This document shows, one piece after another, positions 48,011 to 56,480 of a stretch of DNA of 64,000 bases. Position 1 is the first letter of the stretch, and the number at the start of each line of letters is the position of its first letter. Origin of the DNA: Deltaproteobacteria bacterium (GTDB lineage Bacteria > Myxococcota_A > Polyangia > HGW-17 > SLPX01). Location: positions 997-64,996 of the forward strand of contig JAGGXR010000112.1 in NCBI GenBank assembly GCA_021162935.1, read 5' to 3'. Under the pieces are notes generated by a model. The model was not told the origin of the DNA. It did not search any database and saw only the letters and a list, made by a program, of their open reading frames with translations. Position numbers and translations under genes: made by a program.

Positions 48011-48817
48011 TCAGCCCTTCGATCCCTGACGCCGCAAGAGCACGTATACCGCGCCGGCCCCTCCGTCGTACGGTCGCGCCGAACAGAAGGCCAGAACGTA
48101 ACGGCCCAGGATTTTGTGTGTGAGCCAGCCGACGAGTTCACGCTTGAGAACCGGATCTTTGCCCTCTGAATGCTTCCCCCGGCCACTCACCACGAGCACG
48201 CAGCGCAACCCATCACCACGGGCTTTGAGCAGAAAACTCCGCACCTTGCCCTTGGCTTCATCACGGACCATGCCATGCAGATCCAAATGCGCCTGGACGG
48301 AATATTCCCCTCGCTTCAGGCGACGAAGCAATCTACGATCCAGCCCTTTCGCGATCCCTTCGACGAATTCTTCCGTGTCGGAAATGTCGAAGGCCACCTG
48401 TCCATCGACGAGATCCATCAATTCGGCAAAGGCCTCGGCGTCCTCGTTCGGCCTACGGCCCACAAGTGGCCCGGGAGCAAGGGGCACTCGCCCAGCCCCC
48501 CTCTCTCGATCAAACCGATCGACCCCTGCCATCTCCTGCCAAAACAGCGCGTCGTCTGTAGGCCGGACGTCACGAGGAGGATCCGACGGGCCGGTTTTCG
48601 ACAACGTCGGGCGCGCATCCGCCTCGAACGCGCCCGTTTTGCGCTCGCCATTCTGCCGCGATGGCTGAGAGGCCTCTTTGGACGCCCCCCCTGCGAGTTC
48701 CCCCTTGAGCCGCTGGAACGGATTATTGAAGGGCTCGCCGCCCCTTGTGTCACGACCGGCTGGGCTGGTTTGCGCTGGCGAGGTTGCCCGTCGTTTCGTG
48801 CTTTGCTTCCTCGACAT
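48011..48817 (-). CDS. Stand-alone Smr/MutS2 C-terminal domain protein
   Basis: LKRGEYSVQAHLDLHG, CVLVVSGRGKHS, LAFCSARPYDGGAGAVYVLLR. Confidence 0.93.
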   Translation of the reverse strand: MSRKQSTKRRATSPAQTSPAGRDTRGGEPFNNPFQRLKGELAGGASKEASQPSRQNGERKTGAFEADARPTLSKTGPSDPPRDVRPTDDALFWQEMAGVDRFDRERGAGRVPLAPGPLVGRRPNEDAEAFAELMDLVDGQVAFDISDTEEFVEGIAKGLDRRLLRRLKRGEYSVQAHLDLHGMVRDEAKGKVRSFLLKARGDGLRCVLVVSGRGKHSEGKDPVLKRELVGWLTHKILGRYVLAFCSARPYDGGAGAVYVLLRRQGSKG

Positions 48818-48846
48818 GGCAAGAACGTTTCTCGATCCGGCTTGTA

Positions 48847-50394
48847 CTAGAATCGGGCCTGAGAAAAAACCATCGCGCCAAATCGCCAGGGCTTCTCGTA
48901 ATCCAAGGCGGCGGTGCCGTTATGGAGGGTGACCAGATTCGTAAAGTTGTGGTCATACTGCAAGATGACCACCGCCATGAGTGTCATCATGTTGGAAAGG
49001 TCCCACTTGATGGACCCTTTGAGCGCGGTGATGGGCTTCGCCTTCTTCCCGTCGGGCAACACGGAGAAGTCTCCTTCGTCCCGAATCACGAGCACTTTGC
49101 GGCCCAGCACCACCGGTTGTCCGCCCATGCTTCCTGTCAGAGTCGTCTCCATGGTGGCCGGGACGACCATGGAGCCCACCATTCCGCCAAAGGTCAAATG
49201 TCGACTGGCCACGTACCAATCCGCCCCCAGAGCCACAAAAACCTGCGGGGTCGCCTTGGTCTCGGGCGACAACGCCTGGTAGGGAACAAAGCTCGGCACG
49301 TTGAGCAAGATGAACGGAACAGAACGGAGAAACGTGGTCAAATGGGCCCGCAGATACTTCCATTTCATCTTGGCGGAAAACGCCCCGGCATAAGCACTCT
49401 GGACCTTGGTGGTGCCGAAGTGGTCTGGGTCTTCGAGCGTCTGTCCGACGAGGGTGCCTTCGAGAGACACCTGATAGGAAAAACCAGGGCCATAGGTTTC
49501 CTTCCGACCAATGGAGTCCAAAAACGCCGAATCCGTGCGATAGAGGCGCAAGTCCGTAGAAATTCCGATGGGCATGCCTTTGTGCTGTGACAGCCGCATG
49601 GACCCGCCGAACGTCTGGACGGTTTGTCCTTCGACGCCATTATTCGGGTTGTCGCCCATATCGAAAAAACCACCGGACAGCTCGATCTTGACCCTGCCGG
49701 GCAATTCCACGCCGACTCCGGCGAGGCCGCCATAGACGGTCTCTGCTTCACGGCCCAGGCTCGTCTCACCATTTCCCCCAGGGGGTGGGTTGGTCAGGAT
49801 TCGCGCAGTCTTCATGCCTGCAAAAGCGTAGCCACTGGCCCATTTGAAACCCAACTTCACGCCAGGGGTAAGGTTGCTCTTGGCCGCGGGGAAAATGGAG
49901 GCGCCCCCCCAGGTCAGGCTGTACAGATAGCCAACGCGGAATCGATCGGTGGAAATGGGAAACATGGTCACGTCGAACATCGGAGCGTGTTGCCTCATTC
50001 CCCTGGAAAAATCATAGGCCACCCGCAGGTACGTGCCATCATCGAGGAACCGAATGTTCGAGGCGTCGGAGAAGTCCGCCTTGACCACGATAGCCGTTTC
50101 GGTGGAAAGTCCGGTAATAAAGCCAGGAAGCTTTTTATAAAGAACGAGATGCAACAGATTCTCTCGCCCCGTGTACTGGCTGTCCAGGTTGTCGAAGAAC
50201 AGCTTGTACCCCGGCCGATCCCCAAACCCGACGAGCGGGCTGTCTACGGTGGTCTCTCCGGCCTTGGCCAGGAAATTGTCGTCACCAAACGTAAACGTCA
50301 ACCGGGTGTCCACAAAGTCACCAGCCCGGGCCGTCTGGCTCCATAGCAACAAACCTGCCATCACCGCGAGATTGATCCGCCGATACTTTGACAC
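48847..50394 (-). CDS. Hypothetical outer-membrane beta-barrel protein
   Basis: Signal peptide ending ARA; many amphipathic beta-strands; C-terminal ...FGAMVFSQARF ends in Phe as in a BAM signal. Confidence 0.7.
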   Translation of the reverse strand: MSKYRRINLAVMAGLLLWSQTARAGDFVDTRLTFTFGDDNFLAKAGETTVDSPLVGFGDRPGYKLFFDNLDSQYTGRENLLHLVLYKKLPGFITGLSTETAIVVKADFSDASNIRFLDDGTYLRVAYDFSRGMRQHAPMFDVTMFPISTDRFRVGYLYSLTWGGASIFPAAKSNLTPGVKLGFKWASGYAFAGMKTARILTNPPPGGNGETSLGREAETVYGGLAGVGVELPGRVKIELSGGFFDMGDNPNNGVEGQTVQTFGGSMRLSQHKGMPIGISTDLRLYRTDSAFLDSIGRKETYGPGFSYQVSLEGTLVGQTLEDPDHFGTTKVQSAYAGAFSAKMKWKYLRAHLTTFLRSVPFILLNVPSFVPYQALSPETKATPQVFVALGADWYVASRHLTFGGMVGSMVVPATMETTLTGSMGGQPVVLGRKVLVIRDEGDFSVLPDGKKAKPITALKGSIKWDLSNMMTLMAVVILQYDHNFTNLVTLHNGTAALDYEKPWRFGAMVFSQARF

Positions 50395-50433
50395 GTCTCA
50401 CCTCCTTGCTGCGTTCGGACGGCGCCGAACCCA

Positions 50434-51891
50434 CTACTGTCTAAAATCGTCCGCCGTGCGCGGCAACAGGATCCAAGGCGGGCCGCCAAAGGAAAGTTGC
50501 TTGAGCGTCCCGGCAATGTAGGAAATCGTCTCTCCCTCGTGCTCGTTCGGGTCGAACGGAACGACCCCCTGCGTCACGACGGCCAGTTCCTGGCCATCCA
50601 CGTCAACTGTATACTGGAAATACTGGGTGTACGTTTCATAGACCCAGCAGGCCGGATCGTCCTCACAGTCGAACTTGCATTGTTTTTCCTCGGGTACATC
50701 GTAATCGACCTGGCCGTTTCCGTTCGTGTCACAGCGGGCGGAATGCCCGACGGTGACATTCTGGACGGCAACAAGCGACGCCTCGAGCTTCTCCATGGCA
50801 AAGTCATCCCGGATCGTTGCTCCATCCAAAACCAGTGGTTCGGGCAGAAACTGCGCACAGGCGGGGGGGCAACCGGCTTGCCCGTCGATACAGGTCGGAT
50901 CCGACCAGGCCGGATTTTTCAACTCGGTGAATCCGTTGAAATCATCTTCCCCCCCTTGGAGAAGTGTAATGCAATCGCCGGTCCTCAAATTCTCGGGCGA
51001 ATTGAAGTTGAATGCATAGATTGAGCCAAAATCTCGCCATGTGTCCGTTGCCAGCAACGGCCCCCCGTTGTTGCACACGTCCGTCAGGTAGAACCCTTGA
51101 GTGGTCACCGCAGTCACCACGAGCAGGGCACGCGTGTGACCTTGGCCGTCCACACAATCGTTGAGGCTGGAAAAATCATTGGCATTGTCCCCTTCGATCA
51201 GGACCCGATACCCCGAAAGGGGTGACTCATCGATATGGTCCTTGTCCACCCGCTGGACGTCTGCCACGGTTGGGGTATCGAATACGAAATCCCTGGACAC
51301 GCCCACCGCGCCGGTTCCCGCCTCAGGATTGTCATCATCCGTGCTCAGGCAACCCGTTCCCAATTCCGCGTGCCCCGAGGACCAACAGGCAGGACAGTCC
51401 GCACCATGCGTGAGGCACTCGTTCGTTACTTGCTTCGGACGATATCCAAGGTCTTCGACCATAATCTGCATCACGTCGAAGCCCGCTTGAAACGTCACCG
51501 GGACGTCGGCCCCCTGCCCATTTTGGATGGTCACGATCTTGACGGCCTGCTCGCCAGCCACCTGGCCAGGAAGACCATATGTGTCTGGGGTTCCGTTCGG
51601 CCACATGCCTGATGGCACCAAAGCGAGGGCCACGGTATCGTTGTAGTCCGTGTCCATGGTGCCATCCGGGCGAAGCGCCGTGATCTTGAGGTGGACGGTC
51701 ACCGGATCCAGGGAAAAGGGACAGGGGTCATCCTCGGTGGCCTGACACCCGGAAGGCGGCGCAACCACCTCGACGTAGAACGAAGTCAACTCGCGTCTGT
51801 GATCATCGCGCTCCACGACACAGGATGCCGTCATAAAGGAAAGCAGCGAAAACCAAACCATCGCACTGTGTATTCTCATCAGGTTCCTCAC
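50434..51891 (-). CDS. Lipoprotein with a YhcR/ExeM-like OB-fold and Cys-rich segments
   Basis: Lipobox-like MTASC; VTAVTTQGFYLTD...IYAF...GDCITLLQG...DFNGFTEL and EKLEASLVAVQNVTV resemble OB-fold segments of extracellular nucleases; GTGA overlap with the upstream gene. Confidence 0.7.
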   Translation of the reverse strand: MRNLMRIHSAMVWFSLLSFMTASCVVERDDHRRELTSFYVEVVAPPSGCQATEDDPCPFSLDPVTVHLKITALRPDGTMDTDYNDTVALALVPSGMWPNGTPDTYGLPGQVAGEQAVKIVTIQNGQGADVPVTFQAGFDVMQIMVEDLGYRPKQVTNECLTHGADCPACWSSGHAELGTGCLSTDDDNPEAGTGAVGVSRDFVFDTPTVADVQRVDKDHIDESPLSGYRVLIEGDNANDFSSLNDCVDGQGHTRALLVVTAVTTQGFYLTDVCNNGGPLLATDTWRDFGSIYAFNFNSPENLRTGDCITLLQGGEDDFNGFTELKNPAWSDPTCIDGQAGCPPACAQFLPEPLVLDGATIRDDFAMEKLEASLVAVQNVTVGHSARCDTNGNGQVDYDVPEEKQCKFDCEDDPACWVYETYTQYFQYTVDVDGQELAVVTQGVVPFDPNEHEGETISYIAGTLKQLSFGGPPWILLPRTADDFRQ

Positions 51892-54317
51892 TTGGTGGGA
51901 AACACTCGCCCAAGCCGACCGTCTTCCTTGGCTACGATACAGGGAAGTTGCTGACAGAGCGCCTCGGCCCGCCCCGGGGCCTGGGCCTCGCAGGCGTCCT
52001 TTCTCGCATCCTTTTCGTATGCGCAGTCCGCCTTATACATGTTCGTGAGGCTGTCCACGCACAAACTGTAGTTGGTCGGATCCCATCCGCAGGCTGGGTA
52101 CTGGGTGAAAATGTAGTCGGTCACGGCATCACGAAGCGAAATGCCTGTATTGAACTGCGTTGTGTTGTGCTCCAAAGTGGTAAAGCCGGAGCCACCATTC
52201 GCAATGTAATCGTTCGCCGCCAGCTTGTAGGAAACGTATTTTTCCACGGGCGTCCCACAGCCCACCGGAGTGCAGAGTTCGCCCGATGGACAGCACGCGC
52301 CATCTCCTGGTGTGTAGTCGGCGGGACAGGGATTCACCGGAGCCAGCCGCCAATCGCAGCAAGGCGGATCGGGCTGGGCTGGTGGTGGGTCCGGACAGGC
52401 CCCGGAGACCTCTCCAGAACAACGAGCCAAATCCATGCAGACTTGAGTGCTCGCAGGGGTGCAGGCCTGAAGTCCATCGAACTGGCAAAGAGGCCCATCG
52501 ACTCCTTTGCCGTAGGTCGCGGGATCCGACAACCGGCTGCCACCGATCGTCACACGCTCAGCACGCTCCCCGTATGGGCTGTCCTGCGGATCCTTGCAGT
52601 TCAGCACGGCGGTGATGCCCGACACCTGGGCCTGGGCCTGACAACCACGCCGCGCCGACCGCAGAGCCACGTAGTCCATCAACTCCAAAACCTCCGACCC
52701 AGACAGGGTCATGGTCGTGAGCTTGTTCTCGAACGGAAACACATTGTACATCACATCCACGGTCACCGGCCCGGACTCGATATCGGCACGGATGCCCAGG
52801 GTGTTCGTCAAGCCGAACTGGGCCTCCACGCGGTTCCTCGTCTGCATGGCTGCCGCGACCACGTCGCCCAAAGCCGAATCCCCTTGGCCCATTGGGTAGC
52901 GACGAATCTTTCTTGGGGCGAATGCAATGATGCGGCCCAGATGCAACTTTCGCTTCAACTGATACGTATAGTGCTGGAGGAGGGCCTGAATCCGGCCGTC
53001 GAATTCCGACTCTGGAATCCGCTCGTCCACGGGATGAAGGATGTATTGATACGAAGACAGCTCAAAACCATTTGCCTTCCACTGATTCACGTCCCTGTCG
53101 TGTTGGCGACAGCGTCCATCCTCCGGGTTCGCGTTGCAATCCGTGCCGTCTGGATCGGCTGGGCGATCCGGCTTGTTGAAAACCGTGTCCAGCTCTCCGA
53201 CGAACTTGACGAAAGCCCCCGAATGGACCAACGGCACCCTTCGATGATGCGGCTTACAGTCTGGGTCGTACCGAGGATCGCCCTTGGGATAGCAGTAGCA
53301 ACCCAACTTGGCCAGGTGCGCAATGATGGCGGCACCGTGCTCACTCGACAGACAGGACGGGTCTGGACTGCAATCTTGAAGCGCCTCCGGAGGGTTCAAC
53401 ACGATGTGCAGGTGTCCACCGAACACCACGTCAATACCCGTGGTGTATTGAATGAGCTGCTCGTCTCCGATAAGTTTTTGGATAATGGAACAACTCGAAG
53501 CGTCGTTGCCACAATTTCCATTCGGACAGTCCATTTCCAGATCGGTCTCGTCCCCACGGCTCATCTTCTTTTCGCCGCGCAGCCCCAGGTGGGACACAAC
53601 CGCGATAACGTCCACCTGCGGCCGCAAGAAATCGATCCAAAACTGCGTCTGTTTCACTGTCTCGAGAGGCGTCGCCCCCAAAGAATTCCCTCCGTAGTAC
53701 AACGATACAATGGAGCTGAGACAGCCCAGGCCGATGACCCCGATTTTGACCCCATCTTTGTTCAAAATCACGTACGGCTTGGCGATCTTGCCAAGTTCAC
53801 TGGCCCCGGGCACGTTCGGATTCGTCGTGTCGTAGTTGGCGGCCAGAAGGGGAAACCTCGCATACTCCTGGGCCAGTTTGACCAGGTTGCGGATACCAAG
53901 ATCGAATTCGTGGTTCCCAATGGCCATGGCGTCCACGCCGATCATGGAAAGCACCTTGAGTTCCACCTCTCCATCAAATTCGTTGAAGATTGGCGCCCCT
54001 TGAAACACATCGCCGCTGTCCAAATGCACGATTCGGCCGCCCTTGGCCCGAATCCTTCGGATCACCGTGGCGGCCCTGGCTGCGCCACCCACGTTCGTGG
54101 GGCCATCACTCCTGGTCTTGAGGCCGAGGGACTGGTCCGTGATGCTCACATGGAGGCTGTAGGGCAACAGGCGCGAGTGCCAATCTGCCGTATGAATGAA
54201 GGTTATCTTGACGTCGTAGTTCTCGACAGGGTCCACCTTCGTCTGCTTCAAACACCCAGAAAGGGTCAACAAAACAACGAGCCACGTGCTCGTCGCGATG
54301 CGTGTTGCCGTCTTCAT
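51888..54317 (-). CDS. Bifunctional metallophosphatase / 5'-nucleotidase lipoprotein with Cys-rich insertions
   Basis: Lipoprotein signal ...LTLSGC; HTADWHS, DSGDVFQG, GNHEFD, SHLG, GGHLH; C-terminal domain GIRADI, FPFEN, ANDYIANGGSGF. Alternative start at 54356. Confidence 0.92.
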   Translation of the reverse strand: MKTATRIATSTWLVVLLTLSGCLKQTKVDPVENYDVKITFIHTADWHSRLLPYSLHVSITDQSLGLKTRSDGPTNVGGAARAATVIRRIRAKGGRIVHLDSGDVFQGAPIFNEFDGEVELKVLSMIGVDAMAIGNHEFDLGIRNLVKLAQEYARFPLLAANYDTTNPNVPGASELGKIAKPYVILNKDGVKIGVIGLGCLSSIVSLYYGGNSLGATPLETVKQTQFWIDFLRPQVDVIAVVSHLGLRGEKKMSRGDETDLEMDCPNGNCGNDASSCSIIQKLIGDEQLIQYTTGIDVVFGGHLHIVLNPPEALQDCSPDPSCLSSEHGAAIIAHLAKLGCYCYPKGDPRYDPDCKPHHRRVPLVHSGAFVKFVGELDTVFNKPDRPADPDGTDCNANPEDGRCRQHDRDVNQWKANGFELSSYQYILHPVDERIPESEFDGRIQALLQHYTYQLKRKLHLGRIIAFAPRKIRRYPMGQGDSALGDVVAAAMQTRNRVEAQFGLTNTLGIRADIESGPVTVDVMYNVFPFENKLTTMTLSGSEVLELMDYVALRSARRGCQAQAQVSGITAVLNCKDPQDSPYGERAERVTIGGSRLSDPATYGKGVDGPLCQFDGLQACTPASTQVCMDLARCSGEVSGACPDPPPAQPDPPCCDWRLAPVNPCPADYTPGDGACCPSGELCTPVGCGTPVEKYVSYKLAANDYIANGGSGFTTLEHNTTQFNTGISLRDAVTDYIFTQYPACGWDPTNYSLCVDSLTNMYKADCAYEKDARKDACEAQAPGRAEALCQQLPCIVAKEDGRLGRVFPTK

Positions 54318-54672
54318 AGTCACCAACCTCCAAAGGGTCACATTTTTCGATTTCATTTTTGTTTCACCATAGCACAGCGCATCGCAGAACCAACGAAAAA
54401 CAGACATGGTATCATCCGGATTTTTTCGGGACCTTCGCAGCTCATGGCCTTGCCCCCCACCGCCCATAGACGAAACGTTCCCCATTCGAACATCGTCGCG
54501 CTTGCCCCCAGGGCAATGAGCCGCCGGGAAGCACGAGGGGATACAGAATCAACCGTCACGTGCTGGCCTGAAACTTCCGCCACTGAACCACCCCGAAAAA
54601 CGCGTTCCTTGACCCAAGGCACGCAGACACGTACTCTCCTTGTTGCCAGACACGCACGACAAAGGTGATCTC

Positions 54673-56424
54673 GTGGCGAATATTCTTGTGTACATCGAAT
54701 TTTCCGGACAACTGGCGCTGCCCGCATCGCTCGAAGCGCTCGCTACGTGTCGACCTTTGGCGACCCGGCTGGGGGCCTCCCTTTATGCAATTCTTCCCTG
54801 CAACGAGCCGCCTCTCTACGGAGAGGACGACCTCATTGCCAAAGTATCTCGTCACGGCGCCGACAAGGTCGTGTTGCTCACCCACCCAACCCTTGAGCCG
54901 CCGGCCACCTTCGACCGCCAGTCCACGTCTCTGGTCAACGCCTGCCGGAGACTGTTGCCATCTCTGCTCTTCTTCGCCGACACCACGACCGGCCGAGACC
55001 TAGCTCAGGGCTGTGCGGCTGCTCTGGGCGCCATTCACCTCGTCCATCCGTCCTTCCATGTCCAAAACTCCAGGTGGATGGCACGTCAGCGTGCAACGGA
55101 TGGATCCTGCTCCACCCAAGTGGAAATCAAAGAGGTGGGCCGACCTCTCGTCGTCCTCCAAGGCCCTCCTGTCGAAACGAAAGATCGTCAGTCCAATGAC
55201 GAAGCAGAGGTGGTGGTCCTGTCGGCCAGCGCCGGGCCTTCGCGCATCAAACTCATTACGCCCCTTGAACAGGAACGCCTGCCCGGAGACCACAGACCCT
55301 TGATCCTGGCGGGCCAAAATGTCCCGCCGCAGAGCATCAACCGGCTCCGACGATCCAGCGCAGCCCTCGGTCTGCGCTTCGGCGTCACCTGGTCCTGCTA
55401 CGACCGGGGACAGGGCTCCATCGAAGAGGTCGTGGGCCCAGGAATCGACCTCCCATGGACGAATCGAATCCTGCTCGTTGGGGCCGAAGCGGATCCCCTC
55501 ACCATAGCAAGCCTCCCGGCAACGGCTGAACTCGCCATGGTTGCGGCACCCGACTCCAAAAATATGGGCCCATTCCGAAACCGCGTTCGCAGGCTGCTCT
55601 ACCAGGACCTGGCCAGCTTCTGCGATGTCTTCGGCCCGGCCGACACGTCCGACGCGGCACAGGATGTACCGCTCGACCGATCTGAAACCGCAACCGATGA
55701 CTCGAAACCAGCCGACGAGTCGGCACGAACCCTTGCTGCTGACACCATCAAGCCGCTCGTGATCATTCCTTCGCTCGCTGAGATGGAAAGTGTTCAGTCC
55801 GCCATCACGGCCGCCGCCTTTTTTGGGCAGCCAGCCGGGCTCTTCTGTGGCCCACGAGACCAGGCACAAGCAGTAGTCGAGGCGGGGTCGTTCGAACAGA
55901 TCACCTGTCTTTGGGACGACCTACTCGCCTGCGCAGATCTCCGTGCGGTGGTCCACGTCTTGGCCTCTGCCATGAAACGACTCACCCCTTCCTTGCTCTT
56001 GGTGCAGGATCGAAGCCAAACGTGGAGCAGCGGACTGCTCGGAGCCCTGCTGGCTCATCAACTTGGCTGGCCATGTTTCTCGGGTATCGTGGACATTCGC
56101 CCCTGGCAGCCAACGGCCGAGACGAGCCCCGCTCGCATCGAAGTCGCACGCATGTACCATACAGAACGCCTCTGGTGGCGGGTCGACCTGCCTGCCGTGA
56201 TCTCGGTGGCCCACATTCGACCAACACAGCGGCCAGATCCGAAGACCCCTCACATCGACGTTCTTTCATTCGAAGATCTCTCCGTGAGCCCCAACGACAT
56301 TTTACCCTTGTGCAAAACTCAGACCGAACGCATCTCTGAGACAAAAACCGAACCAACCACCAGCCCGACCCCCAAGGACCTCCTGGAATGGCTGGCGGCA
56401 CAAGGCTGGATCCGCCCCCGGTAA
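54673..56424 (+). CDS. Single-chain EtfA-EtfB fusion-like protein with degenerate cofactor motifs
   Basis: N-terminus like EtfA domain I (ILVYIE, HGADKVV, TTTGRDLA); middle like the EtfA FAD domain; C-terminus like EtfB (ADLRAVVHVLA, LLAHQLGWP, IEVAR...VDLPAVISV). GTG start with AAAGGT RBS. Confidence 0.65.
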   Translation: MANILVYIEFSGQLALPASLEALATCRPLATRLGASLYAILPCNEPPLYGEDDLIAKVSRHGADKVVLLTHPTLEPPATFDRQSTSLVNACRRLLPSLLFFADTTTGRDLAQGCAAALGAIHLVHPSFHVQNSRWMARQRATDGSCSTQVEIKEVGRPLVVLQGPPVETKDRQSNDEAEVVVLSASAGPSRIKLITPLEQERLPGDHRPLILAGQNVPPQSINRLRRSSAALGLRFGVTWSCYDRGQGSIEEVVGPGIDLPWTNRILLVGAEADPLTIASLPATAELAMVAAPDSKNMGPFRNRVRRLLYQDLASFCDVFGPADTSDAAQDVPLDRSETATDDSKPADESARTLAADTIKPLVIIPSLAEMESVQSAITAAAFFGQPAGLFCGPRDQAQAVVEAGSFEQITCLWDDLLACADLRAVVHVLASAMKRLTPSLLLVQDRSQTWSSGLLGALLAHQLGWPCFSGIVDIRPWQPTAETSPARIEVARMYHTERLWWRVDLPAVISVAHIRPTQRPDPKTPHIDVLSFEDLSVSPNDILPLCKTQTERISETKTEPTTSPTPKDLLEWLAAQGWIRPR

Positions 56425-56480
56425 CAGCAGATCTGTAACTCCCAAAGAAGTGACGTCGACCCTGTCACCCTCGATAACGG

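Noticed and set aside
51948-54668. 906-aa plus-strand ORF (also long antisense ORFs such as 573-1940, 4776-6677, 13490-15094, 42094-43794 and 56619-58058)
   Set aside because: These are shadows of well-supported opposite-strand genes, expected from GC-rich third-position bias, and they contain no recognisable motifs.
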